Assembly: GCA_041499375.1 (NCBI GenBank)
Contig: JBGQKD010000002.1
Coordinates: forward strand, 85,823 to 149,822
Length of the DNA: 64,000 nucleotides
DNA from: Gemmatimonadota bacterium
GTDB taxonomy: Bacteria > Gemmatimonadota > Gemmatimonadetes > Gemmatimonadales > GWC2-71-9
Direction: 5' to 3'
The notes below the pieces were generated by a model, which saw only the letters and a list, made by a program, of their open reading frames with translations, searched no databases and was not told the origin of the DNA. Positions within the stretch are counted from its first letter, which is position 1; each line of letters starts with the position of its first letter. Below are positions 16,054 to 25,583 of this stretch, piece by piece. Both the position numbers and the translations under genes were made by a program.

Positions 16054-18551
16054 GCGTCGTGTTGTTGGTGGGGGCGCAGCATGCTGCGCCCCTACCGGCA
16101 CAACGTGCACCCGTTCTCAAACAAGTCGACCTGCCCCACGCCTACTACTGGCGCGAGATGTACGTCCCCCAGGTCACCAGTGGCCCCAGCTCGGCGACGT
16201 GGTCCCCGGACGGGACCGAGCTGATCTACTCGATGCAGGGGACATTATGGCGCCAGCGCATCGGCTCACCGGCCGCGACGCAGCTGACGTCTGGGCCGTC
16301 GTATGACTATCAACCCGACTGGTCGCCCGACGGCCGGACGATCGTGTTCGCGCGCTACGCGCACGACGCGATCGAGCTGCAGCTGCTCGACCTGGCATCT
16401 GGCAACGTCACGCCGCTCACTTCCAACGGGGCGGTGAACCTCGAGCCGCGCTGGTCGCCGGATGGGTCGCGCATCGCGTTCGTTTCGTCGCTGTACCATG
16501 GGCGGTGGCACATTTTCGTCCTGAGCCCCGAAGGGGCTGCGCCCCTACGGCTCACCGAAGACAACGACAGCAAGCTGCCGCGTTACTACTACAGCAAATG
16601 GGATCACTACATCTCGCCCACGTGGTCACCCGACGGCAAGGAGATCATCCTCGTCTCCAATCGCGGCCACATCCATGGCAGCGGCGGGTTCTGGCGGATG
16701 GAGGAGCGCCCCGGCGCGCCGTTGCGCGAGCTGCGCTACGAAGAGACGACGTGGAAGGCGCGGCCCGATTGGTCGCCCGACGGTACGCGCGTCATCTACA
16801 GCTCCTATCTCGGCAGGCAGTGGAATCAGCTCTGGCTGATGACGAGCGAGGGCGGGGATCCCTTCCCGTTGACCTACGGCGAGTTCGACGCCACCGCGCC
16901 GCGCTGGTCGCGCGACGGCAGCCGCATCGCGTTTGTCTCCAACGAAGGCGGCAATACGGCGCTGTGGGTGATCGACGTCCCAGGAGGACGAAAGCAGCCG
17001 ATCGCGGCGCGCGAGCGGCATTATCGCGGACCCGTGGGAACGTTGCGTATCCAGGTCGTCGATCGCGCCGGGCGGCCGCTCTCTACGCGAGTCTCGGTCA
17101 CGACCGCCGAAGGCCGTGGCTACGCGCCCGACGATGCATGGCGCCACGCAGACGAGGCGTTCGACCGCTCCGAGCGCCAATTCGAATACTCGTATTTCCA
17201 CTCGGCTGGCACCGCTGAGCTCACGGTGCCGGCCGGGCGAGTGCACGTCGAGGTGTGGCATGGACCGGAGTATCAAGTGTTTCGTGCCGACGTGAACGTA
17301 CCGACAGGTATACCTACCACGCGGCGCGTCGTTCTCCATCGACTAGACAATCTGCCCGCGCGCGGCTGGTGGAGCGGGGACGTGCACGTGCACATGAACT
17401 ACGGCGGCGCCTATCGCAACACGCCCCCGCATCTCGCGTTCCAGGCACGGGCCGAAGATCTGCACGTCGTCGAAAACCTGATCGTGAACAAAGAGCAGCG
17501 CATTCCGGACATTGCGTATTTCCGTACGGATGCCGACCCGGTGTCCACGCCGACGTTCCTGCTGCGTCACGCGCAGGAATTTCACACCAGTGTTTGGGGC
17601 CACCTGGGACTCCTCGGCCTCGGCTCGCACTACCTCCTGCCCGAGTACGCCGGCTATCCCAACACGGCGGCGTCGAGTCTCGCGCTCACGAACGCGACCG
17701 TGGCCGATCTCGGCCATGCGCAAGGCGCGCTCGTCGGCTACGTCCACCCATTCGACACGAAGCCCGATCCTGCCGATACCACCGCGCCGCTGTTCTACGA
17801 GCTTCCGGTCGACGTCGCGCTGGGCAAAGTGGATTATCTCGAGGTCATGGGATACTCGGATCATCTGATCACGTCGGAGATCTGGTATCGCTTGCTCAAT
17901 TGCGGATTCCGGCTGCCGGCAGCGGCGGGGACGGACGCATTCCCGAACTTCGCGAGCCTGCGTGGGCCGCCCGGCCTGGTCCGCGTGCTCGTACACTCAG
18001 GCGCGAAGCTCGACCACCGCAGTTGGCTCGCGGGACTCAAGGCGGGGCGGACGTTCGTGACGAACGGGCCGCTGCTCGAGTTCACGCTCGCAGGTCATGC
18101 GATCGGCGACGTAATCCGGCTACCAGCCGGCAGCCATCGGCTATCAGCTCGAGTGACGCTCCGTTCCAACGTTGCGGTGGACCATCTGGAGATTATCGGC
18201 AACGGGAAAGTGGTGGCGTCGATTCCGTTGCGGGGGGACCGTACGACGGCCAGCGATACCGTCTCGATCCCTGTGGAGTCGAGCGGGTGGTACGTGCTGC
18301 GTGCCTACAGCGACCGCGCCGAGACGCCGGTGCTCGATCTTTACCCGTTTGCGTCGACGAGTCCGATCTACGTCAGCGCCGGCGACCAGCCTGTCAGATC
18401 GGGCGAGGATGCGGCGTTCTTCGTGCGCTGGCTCGAGCGCATCGAGGTGGCGACCCGGGCCAGCACCGCGTGGAATACTCCCGCCGAGCAGGCCAGCGTG
18501 TTGCGCACGCTGGCCGATGCTCGGGCGGTCTTCAGCTCGCTTACCAAATAG
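16032..18551 (+). CDS. TolB-like propeller fused to CehA/McbA-type PHP-like metallohydrolase
   Basis: Several P.WSPDG repeats; GDVHVH, QEFHT..WGH, YVHP, AAGTD, GRTFVTNGP, ASTSPIYV. Confidence 0.85.
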   Translation: MDRRLALGVVLLVGAQHAAPLPAQRAPVLKQVDLPHAYYWREMYVPQVTSGPSSATWSPDGTELIYSMQGTLWRQRIGSPAATQLTSGPSYDYQPDWSPDGRTIVFARYAHDAIELQLLDLASGNVTPLTSNGAVNLEPRWSPDGSRIAFVSSLYHGRWHIFVLSPEGAAPLRLTEDNDSKLPRYYYSKWDHYISPTWSPDGKEIILVSNRGHIHGSGGFWRMEERPGAPLRELRYEETTWKARPDWSPDGTRVIYSSYLGRQWNQLWLMTSEGGDPFPLTYGEFDATAPRWSRDGSRIAFVSNEGGNTALWVIDVPGGRKQPIAARERHYRGPVGTLRIQVVDRAGRPLSTRVSVTTAEGRGYAPDDAWRHADEAFDRSERQFEYSYFHSAGTAELTVPAGRVHVEVWHGPEYQVFRADVNVPTGIPTTRRVVLHRLDNLPARGWWSGDVHVHMNYGGAYRNTPPHLAFQARAEDLHVVENLIVNKEQRIPDIAYFRTDADPVSTPTFLLRHAQEFHTSVWGHLGLLGLGSHYLLPEYAGYPNTAASSLALTNATVADLGHAQGALVGYVHPFDTKPDPADTTAPLFYELPVDVALGKVDYLEVMGYSDHLITSEIWYRLLNCGFRLPAAAGTDAFPNFASLRGPPGLVRVLVHSGAKLDHRSWLAGLKAGRTFVTNGPLLEFTLAGHAIGDVIRLPAGSHRLSARVTLRSNVAVDHLEIIGNGKVVASIPLRGDRTTASDTVSIPVESSGWYVLRAYSDRAETPVLDLYPFASTSPIYVSAGDQPVRSGEDAAFFVRWLERIEVATRASTAWNTPAEQASVLRTLADARAVFSSLTK
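16067..16096. repeat. REP-like palindrome inside coding sequence
   Basis: GGTGGGGGCGCAGCATGCTGCGCCCCTACC; near-identical to the intergenic palindrome at 53880-53915. Confidence 0.8.
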
Positions 18552-20607
18552 CCGGGACTTTGTCCTTCGGACGAACCATCGGATCACCGTCCTTGCAGCC
18601 AAACGCGTGCGCGAACGCCGGGATGTTCGAGAGCGGCCCATTGATCCGCCACCGCTCGGGGGCGTGTGGGTCCACCGTCACGCGCGTGCGCAGCTGCTCG
18701 GGGCGCACATGGACGCGCCAGCTCTGGGCGTAGGCAATGAAGTACCGCTGCTCTGGCGTATAGCCCTCGATCAGCCCCGGCCGCCCGCTCCCGTCTCGCG
18801 CGAGCCTGCTCTCGAGCGCGTCGTACGCGGTCAGCAAGCCGCCCCAGTCGGCGATGTTCTCACCCTCGGTGAGCTTGCCGTTCACGTGGAAGGTGTCGAC
18901 CTGGATGTACTCGTTGAATTGACGTTCGACGAGCGCGGCCTGTTCGACGAAGTGCACCGAGTCGGACGGCTGCCACCAGTCGCGCAGGTTTCCCTTCGCG
19001 TCGTAGTGGCGGCCTTCATCATCGAAGCCGTGGGTCAGCTCGTGTCCGGCCCAGCTGCCGCCCAGCGAGCCGTAGTTCGCGGCATCATCGGTGTTGGGAT
19101 CGAACGTCTGTGGCGTGAGCGCGCCGGCCGGGAAGACCATCTCGTTCTTCGACGCGTCGTAGTACGCGTTGACGGTGGGGACGGTGATGCCCCATTCGGT
19201 CGTGTCCACCGGCATACCTGGCCGGTTCACGGTCCGGTGCCACTCGAAGGCGTTCGCGCTCGCGACATTGATCACGAATGGTCCTTCCACTTGCCGGAGC
19301 CGGGAATAATCCCGCCATTGGTCTGGATAGCCGACCTTCTCGCCCATCTGCGCGAGCTTGTCGAGCGCCTGCGCCCGGGTGGAGTCGGACATCCAGGTGA
19401 GATGCTTCAGACGCTCGCCAAACGCGGTGCGGATGTCGTCGATCACCGCGCGAGCGCGTGCGCGCGCCTCGGGCGGAAAGGTCTTCTCGACATACGCCTG
19501 GCCGAGCGCCTCGCCCAGGTCGCCATCGGTCTCACGCAGGCAGCGCTTCCAGCGGGGCAACAGGGCACGCGCACCGCTGAACCGGGACCGGAACGCGAAG
19601 TCTTCCTGGACGAATGGCGTGGAGAGCCACGGCGCGGCCGCCGCGATCGCGTGGTACTTGAGATAGGCGCGCCAGGTGGCGAGGGGCGTCGTCTGGAGCA
19701 GCGAGTCCACGCGCCGCACGAACTCCGGTGCGGTGACATTCACTTTCTGCACGGGCGCCCGCAATCCGATCGCGCGGAAGTACCGCGCCCACACGATGCG
19801 TGGGGCGAGCGCCGTCAGCTGTTTCATGCTCATGGGGTGATCGGTCTTGACGGGATCACGCCGCTCCACGCGTGTGAGCGAGGCTTGCGCGAGCGAGGTT
19901 TCGAGCGCGATCACAGCGGCCGCTTGCCGGTCGGCCCTGGCCGAGTCCTGCCGCGCGAGACGCAGCATGGTGGCGACATGCGCCACGAAGGCCTGTCGCG
20001 TCGAGTCCGCTGCCGCCCCTTGCGCGAAGTAATAGTCGCGATCGGGTAAGCCGAGCCCACCCTGGTAAAACCAGGTGATGTAGTGCGTCGCGTCGTGCGA
20101 ATCAACATCCGGCGAGTACCGGAACGCCACGTTGACGCCGAGGATCTGCAGCTTGGCGATTTCGGGCAGAAGCCGCGTGCGCGTCGTGATCGAGTCGATG
20201 GCGCGGAGCCACGGCCTGATCGGTGTGACGCCGGCTGCCTCGATCGCCGTCGAGTCCATGCAGGTCGCGTAGAACGTGCCGAGTTTGCGGGGCGTGCTCG
20301 CCGGCGGGAAGCTGTTCCGGCGTGCGGCGGCGTCCTCCAGCACGGAGCGCACGACCAGCTCGTTGCGGTCGCTCATGTCGCGCGTGACACCTGACGACGA
20401 GTACGCCGCCGGAATCGTGTCGTGCGCGAGCCACGCCCCGTTCGCGAACCGGGAGAAGTCGGTGCATGCCGCCACCGTCGTATCCATCCAGCGGACGTCG
20501 ACGACCTTGAGCGGTGGCCACTCGCCACCGGCGGGTGTTTGGCCGGTAGCTACGACGGGGGGGGGCACGACGGCGAGCAGCGACAACACCAACGAGGCGC
20601 GCGACAT
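18541..20607 (-). CDS. M13 family metallopeptidase (neprilysin/PepO-like)
   Basis: Signal peptide; CTDF..FANG.W, LGLPDRDYY, KVGYPD, VNAYY, GHELTHGFDDEG, ENIAD, DPHAP..RING. Confidence 0.93.
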   Translation of the reverse strand: MSRASLVLSLLAVVPPPVVATGQTPAGGEWPPLKVVDVRWMDTTVAACTDFSRFANGAWLAHDTIPAAYSSSGVTRDMSDRNELVVRSVLEDAAARRNSFPPASTPRKLGTFYATCMDSTAIEAAGVTPIRPWLRAIDSITTRTRLLPEIAKLQILGVNVAFRYSPDVDSHDATHYITWFYQGGLGLPDRDYYFAQGAAADSTRQAFVAHVATMLRLARQDSARADRQAAAVIALETSLAQASLTRVERRDPVKTDHPMSMKQLTALAPRIVWARYFRAIGLRAPVQKVNVTAPEFVRRVDSLLQTTPLATWRAYLKYHAIAAAAPWLSTPFVQEDFAFRSRFSGARALLPRWKRCLRETDGDLGEALGQAYVEKTFPPEARARARAVIDDIRTAFGERLKHLTWMSDSTRAQALDKLAQMGEKVGYPDQWRDYSRLRQVEGPFVINVASANAFEWHRTVNRPGMPVDTTEWGITVPTVNAYYDASKNEMVFPAGALTPQTFDPNTDDAANYGSLGGSWAGHELTHGFDDEGRHYDAKGNLRDWWQPSDSVHFVEQAALVERQFNEYIQVDTFHVNGKLTEGENIADWGGLLTAYDALESRLARDGSGRPGLIEGYTPEQRYFIAYAQSWRVHVRPEQLRTRVTVDPHAPERWRINGPLSNIPAFAHAFGCKDGDPMVRPKDKVPAIW

Positions 20608-20641
20608 CAGGAAGGGCTCCGATGAAGTGAGAAGCCGAATC

Positions 20642-21547
20642 CTATCCCGTCGTCGATGCCTCGTCAAAAGCGGGAGGGGCGGCGGGAGCCTGGCGGGTAC
20701 TCGTGCGAATCACGACCTGATGCTTCTGACCCAGCCGCTGCACCGCATCTTCGCGTTCTGTCTCCTTCTTGTAGACCGCGGCGACCGCGCCGCCTGATCC
20801 GCACAGCCGCACCCACACCGGGCCCGTTTCGGCGACACGCTCGTACAGCGCTCGCAGCTGCGGATGTTTGCCGAACACCACGCTTTCGAAATCGTTGCCG
20901 CCGAGACGGCCGATGCTGCCCCAGGTGGCGAGTGCCTCCGCATCGAGCGTGACGGGACCGCGTGAAGTCGGGGAAGGGTTCTGCTCGTCCCACCATTTGT
21001 AGGCATCGGGTGTCGCCACCGCGATCGGCGGTACGGCGACGAGCGCCGGCGCTGAGGGGGGAGCCGGCACACGGAACTGGCGTTCGCCGCGGCCCCAGGC
21101 GAGCGCCAGCGGCGCGCCGCCGGCAAAAAAGGGGACGTCGGACCCGAGCTTCGCGGCAAAGTGGAGCAGCTCGTGTCGCGGCACGGCGTTCCCGGCCAGC
21201 GCGTTCACCGCGTGCAGCGCCGCGGCCCCATCGCTCGAGCCCCCGCCGAGTCCTGCCCGTACCGGAATCCGTTTGGTGAGCTTGATCGCGACGCCAAAGC
21301 GATTGCCGGTCGCTTCGAGGACCATGCGGGCGGCTCGCACCGCGAGGTTCTCGTCACTGGGGCCGAGATCCGGGCCTTCGGCATCGAGTGTCACTCCAGA
21401 ATCGGTCCGGCGCACGACGAGCTCGTCCGCCAGCTCCAGCAGCGCGCAGGCGGTTTCGATCTGATGAAAGCCGGATGATTCGCGCGCGAGAATCCGCAGG
21501 AACAGGTTGACCTTGGCGTGCGCCAGGATGCGCAGCGCGTCGCTCAC
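20642..21547 (-). CDS. ispE: 4-(cytidine 5'-diphospho)-2-C-methyl-D-erythritol kinase
   Basis: AHAKVNLFL, KRIPVRAGLGGGSSD, LGSDVPFF, NDFE, GSG. Confidence 0.92.
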   Translation of the reverse strand: MSDALRILAHAKVNLFLRILARESSGFHQIETACALLELADELVVRRTDSGVTLDAEGPDLGPSDENLAVRAARMVLEATGNRFGVAIKLTKRIPVRAGLGGGSSDGAAALHAVNALAGNAVPRHELLHFAAKLGSDVPFFAGGAPLALAWGRGERQFRVPAPPSAPALVAVPPIAVATPDAYKWWDEQNPSPTSRGPVTLDAEALATWGSIGRLGGNDFESVVFGKHPQLRALYERVAETGPVWVRLCGSGGAVAAVYKKETEREDAVQRLGQKHQVVIRTSTRQAPAAPPAFDEASTTG

Positions 21548-22593
21548 TCGGTGCTCCCGCGAGCGGCACTGCTCAGCTCACCCAGCCGGAGGTGCAGGCG
21601 CGACAGCGACCACAGGCCGAGCAGGGTGATGGGGATGAACGTCGTGAGGTGATACGTCAGCGCGTAGGCGAGGGCCAAGCTCGAGTCCACGCCGTACAGT
21701 TGCAGGGTCACCAGTGTGGCGGCCTCGAAGACACCGCCGTACCCCGGTGTCGATGGAATGGCGACCCCAAAACCGATGATGCCCTGCAGGAGCAGCGCGG
21801 CCTCGAGCGGGACGTGGAGTCCGAAGGCGCGAAAGCAGATGGCGAAGGCTGCGGCGTTCTTGATCCAGAGCACTAGTGACCACAGGACGACACCCGCGAA
21901 TCGCCCGGGACTCTTGAGCACCGCCAGCCCTTCGACGATGCCATCGAAGACGCGAACCACCCGGTCAGCCGCGCGGACCGGCAGGACGCGCCGCGAAATG
22001 CGCTCGACCAGCACCAACCACGGCCCCGGCCGGTTGGCGATGACCAGGCCCAGGAGCAGCACCACGCCAAACAGCACCGCCGTCGATGCCGCGATCGCCG
22101 AGACCGACCGACCACCGACGAGGGCGTGCGCGGGGAACGACGGCGCCGCGATCGCGACCGCCATCAGCCCCAGCATGACGAGCGCGTCGAACACGCGCTC
22201 CACGGCGATCGAGCCGAGCGATGTTGTGAAACGCACCGGGAGCTGGCGCGAGGCGACGTACGCGCGCGCGAACTCGCCGGCGCGGGCCGGCAGCAGATTG
22301 TTCGCCATGAAGCCGATCGTGGTCGCGTGCCACAGCGGCATCCATGGGAACGGCCGGCCGTCTGCATCGCGCAGGATCAGACGCCAGCGAATGGCGCGCA
22401 CGGGGAAGGTGACCGTCGCGACGACGACCGTGAGTAGCAGCAGCCAGCCGTTGGCATGCTTGGCGTAGTCCCAGACCTTGTCGAGGTGGCTCTTGGACAA
22501 CACCCACGCCAGGAGGGCGACGCTGATGACGAGCCCGATCAGCCAGGCTCCCCTCCAGCGGTTTTTCTTACTCGGGTTCGATGGCGAGGACAA
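21544..22593 (-). CDS. Lysylphosphatidylglycerol synthase TM-domain (UPF0104, flippase-like) membrane protein
   Basis: RAIRW, IGFMANNLLPARAGEFARA, ERVFD, PSTPGYGGVFEAA; multiple TM segments; TTG start inferred. Confidence 0.85.
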   Translation of the reverse strand: MSSPSNPSKKNRWRGAWLIGLVISVALLAWVLSKSHLDKVWDYAKHANGWLLLLTVVVATVTFPVRAIRWRLILRDADGRPFPWMPLWHATTIGFMANNLLPARAGEFARAYVASRQLPVRFTTSLGSIAVERVFDALVMLGLMAVAIAAPSFPAHALVGGRSVSAIAASTAVLFGVVLLLGLVIANRPGPWLVLVERISRRVLPVRAADRVVRVFDGIVEGLAVLKSPGRFAGVVLWSLVLWIKNAAAFAICFRAFGLHVPLEAALLLQGIIGFGVAIPSTPGYGGVFEAATLVTLQLYGVDSSLALAYALTYHLTTFIPITLLGLWSLSRLHLRLGELSSAARGSTE

Positions 22594-24193
22594 CGAGATC
22601 GCAGACTTCGTCGATGATCGCGCGCAGGCTTTCGCCGCTCGCGCGCTTGGCCGCCTCGCGCAACTCCTGCGCGCGCTGACGGGCACCGGCGCCCTTGTAG
22701 AGTAGGGTCTTGATGTCTACGGGCTCGTTCCCGTTGCCCTGGGGCGCCGCCCCGGGGTCAGCGGAGACTCGAGCGGCTCCCCCAGCGATCAGCTCCTCGA
22801 GCGACGCCGGTCCCACACCCGCCGCGACCATCTGTTGGTATCGCGTCCACGTGCCCGCCAGATCGGGCGATGGCGCCGCGGTTGCCGCTGGCGCGGGAGG
22901 TCTTGGAGGCGCGGATGCCGTTGGTGGAGGTTGTCGAGGTGCAGACGGCGGGGCAGCGCCACCGAGCCGCCGCACAGCAAGCGTGACCCCCGCCAGCGCC
23001 GCGGCGATCGCCGTCTCATCGCTCGTTCCGGATGTGGAGAGAATCTCTCCCGCCTTGCGCACCTCAGCCGCGAAGAGCGCGGGCTGGTTCACCGCGATGC
23101 CGCTCGTCACCGCCTCCCGCGCCGCCTGCGCGAATTCCGCGACGCGCTCGGCGACGGGCCCACCGCCGGCAGACCCGAGCGCGCGGAACGAGCTGGCCAA
23201 CGTATGCGCGCGCAGCTCGCGTTGGGTCGCGCTGGGCGCCCGCTCCAGCGAGTCGGCGGCCTGCCGCAGGTGCTCCCCGTGGCTCACCAGCTCGAGCCGG
23301 CCAAGCGACGCGGGCCTGGCGCTCTCGCCGCCGGGCGGCGTGCCGCGTCGGACGATCGTCGCCACGGTCTCGATCGCGACGACGTCGGGCTCGCTGTCCA
23401 TGAACTGCACCAGCAGCCCCGCGAACTTGCGGAACTCCGCGCTTTCCGGATCGGGCCGGCCGCGTTCGGCGACTTCACGGGCCGCGTGCGCGATCGACGT
23501 CGCCGCCATCTGGAACAGCTCGGCGATCGTGTCGCCGACGCCGGCGGGTGGTGCGCCACTGATCCGGCCGATTTCGCCGATCGCTTGCTCGATTCCTTCG
23601 AGGAGATCCGGCAGCGGGGGGAGATCGGTGAGCGCGGCGAGGCCGCGGAGCGGCTGCAGCGCCTTCAGGACCTGCTGCAGCGGATCACGCGCCATCGGAT
23701 TAGCGCGCATCGCCCGGCCGGCGCGATCGAGCGCGCTGGCAATCGCGGCGCCCTCGCGCGCGACGAAGGCGCGCGCGCCCGCGTCGAGGCCTATCGCCTC
23801 CGCCGCTCGAACCTGGGCTGAGGGACGTCCGCCGAGCTGCTCGAGCTGGCTCGCCAATGCCTCCGCCTTCGCCGTATCGGCGTCGTTCCAGCTCGCCGCT
23901 TTGCGCACGAAGATCTTGAGATCGTCGACCGCACGAATCGCGATCTGCTTCGTTGCCGGGTCCCAGGGCCGCCGGCCCTCGCGCACGCCGCGCGCGAGCG
24001 CCTCGAGCCCCATCGCCGCGCGCGCGATTCCCTGCTGGCTCGCCATCAGCGCGCTGCCGCGTAGCGCCCGCGCCAGGCGCACCAACTCCTCCGCCGCCGG
24101 CGGGGCCGAAGGCTGGAGCAGGGCATCGAGCCGGTCGAGATACTCCCCCGCCTCGAGGGCGAAGAAGTCCGACATGCCGAGCGGCTGAGTCAT
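22568..24193 (-). CDS. Hpt-like domain protein (degenerate), function unknown
   Basis: N-terminus FF..EA.EYL..L...L......L.R.ARALRGSA.MA resembles CheA P1/Hpt with His replaced by Arg; helical; Pro-rich linker. Confidence 0.65.
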   Translation of the reverse strand: MTQPLGMSDFFALEAGEYLDRLDALLQPSAPPAAEELVRLARALRGSALMASQQGIARAAMGLEALARGVREGRRPWDPATKQIAIRAVDDLKIFVRKAASWNDADTAKAEALASQLEQLGGRPSAQVRAAEAIGLDAGARAFVAREGAAIASALDRAGRAMRANPMARDPLQQVLKALQPLRGLAALTDLPPLPDLLEGIEQAIGEIGRISGAPPAGVGDTIAELFQMAATSIAHAAREVAERGRPDPESAEFRKFAGLLVQFMDSEPDVVAIETVATIVRRGTPPGGESARPASLGRLELVSHGEHLRQAADSLERAPSATQRELRAHTLASSFRALGSAGGGPVAERVAEFAQAAREAVTSGIAVNQPALFAAEVRKAGEILSTSGTSDETAIAAALAGVTLAVRRLGGAAPPSAPRQPPPTASAPPRPPAPAATAAPSPDLAGTWTRYQQMVAAGVGPASLEELIAGGAARVSADPGAAPQGNGNEPVDIKTLLYKGAGARQRAQELREAAKRASGESLRAIIDEVCDLVVLAIEPE

Positions 24194-24231
24194 GGTTGGA
24201 ACAACATAAGTAGATTAGGCTCTCGGTGGCC

Positions 24232-24957
24232 ATGGTGCTGGATGTAAAGGACTTGCGCTATCAGCTTCCCGGAAACGGGAGACCCCTGGTCGATGGGATC
24301 TCCTTCTCCGTGGGGGCCGGTGAGACACTGGTCCTGCTCGGCCGCAGTGGCTCCGGGAAGACGACGACCCTGAAGCTCGTAAACCGCCTGCTCACCCCGA
24401 CGGGCGGGGCCGTGCAGATCGCGGGCGAGCCCGCCGCGGCGGCCCGTGCGACCGCGCTGCGGCGCCGCATCGGCTACGTGATTCAGGACGTGGGACTGTT
24501 TCCCCACTTTTCCGTCGCGGCCAACGTCGGACTGTTGCCGCGACTCGAGCAGTGGCCCGCGGATCGTATCGCGCGTCGCGTGCGCGAGCTCCTCGCGCTC
24601 GTGGGACTCGACCCCGACACCTTCGCCGCGCGCTTCCCGCACCAGCTCTCCGGCGGACAGCGCCAGCGCGTCGGCATCGCCCGCGCGCTGGCCCTCGATC
24701 CACCGCTGCTTCTCCTCGACGAGCCATTCGGCGCACTCGACCCCATCACGCGCGTGGAGCTCCAGCGCGAATTCCGCGCCCTCGAAGGCAGGCTCGGGAA
24801 GGCGATGGTCCTGGTCACGCACGATGTGCGCGAGGGGCTGTTGCTCGGCACGCGCGTCGGGCTGCTCGACGCCGGACGGCTGGCGTTTCTCGGCACGCCG
24901 GACGAGTTTCGCGCCAGCACGCTGCCCGAGGTCCGCAAATTCGTGGAGGCCGCGTGA
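24232..24957 (+). CDS. Osmoprotectant (glycine betaine/choline) ABC transporter ATP-binding protein
   Basis: GRSGSGKTT, IGYVIQ..GLFPH, LSGGQRQRVG, LLLDEPFGALDPITR. Confidence 0.9.
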   Translation: MVLDVKDLRYQLPGNGRPLVDGISFSVGAGETLVLLGRSGSGKTTTLKLVNRLLTPTGGAVQIAGEPAAAARATALRRRIGYVIQDVGLFPHFSVAANVGLLPRLEQWPADRIARRVRELLALVGLDPDTFAARFPHQLSGGQRQRVGIARALALDPPLLLLDEPFGALDPITRVELQREFRALEGRLGKAMVLVTHDVREGLLLGTRVGLLDAGRLAFLGTPDEFRASTLPEVRKFVEAA

Positions 24958-25583
24958 GGCTGTTCGAGTTCTACGGCCGTCACGCCGGCGAAGTGTGGTT
25001 GCTCCTGGGGCAGCACATCGGCCTCGTCGCGATTTCCACCGCTATCGCCGCGCTGATCGGACTGCCCCTCGGTGTCCTCGTGGCGCGCCACCCCGCCTGG
25101 CGCCGGCCGGTGCTCGGCTTCGCGAATGTCTTCCAGACCATCCCGAGTCTCGCCGTCTTCGGGCTCCTGATTCCCGTGTTCGGGATTGGCGCGTGGACCG
25201 CAATCACCGCGCTCGTGGTCTACGCGCTCCTCCCCATTGTCCGCAACACTTACGCGGGGATTGCCGGCGTTGACCCTGCGGTCCGCGAGGCGGGTCGGGG
25301 GATGGGCATGACTGATGGTGAGCTGCTGCGGCTCGTCGAGCTCCCCCTCGCTGCCGGCGTCATCCTCGCGGGCGTGCGCATCGCCACCGTGGTGAGTGTG
25401 GGAATCGCGACGATCGCGGCGGCGATCGGAGCGGGCGGGCTCGGCGTCTACATTTTCCGCGGCGTGGCGACGGTGGACGACACCCTGATCCTCGCCGGCG
25501 CCATCCCCGCCGCGCTGCTCGCACTGCTCGCCGACGCACTGCTCGGATTCGCGGAGCGCCGGCTCGTCTGGCGGCCGCGGTGA
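24954..25583 (+). CDS. Osmoprotectant ABC transporter permease
   Basis: GTG overlapping upstream stop; QTIPSLA, YALLPIVRNT, EAGRGMGM, VELPLA, IGAGGLG. Confidence 0.9.
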   Translation: MRLFEFYGRHAGEVWLLLGQHIGLVAISTAIAALIGLPLGVLVARHPAWRRPVLGFANVFQTIPSLAVFGLLIPVFGIGAWTAITALVVYALLPIVRNTYAGIAGVDPAVREAGRGMGMTDGELLRLVELPLAAGVILAGVRIATVVSVGIATIAAAIGAGGLGVYIFRGVATVDDTLILAGAIPAALLALLADALLGFAERRLVWRPR

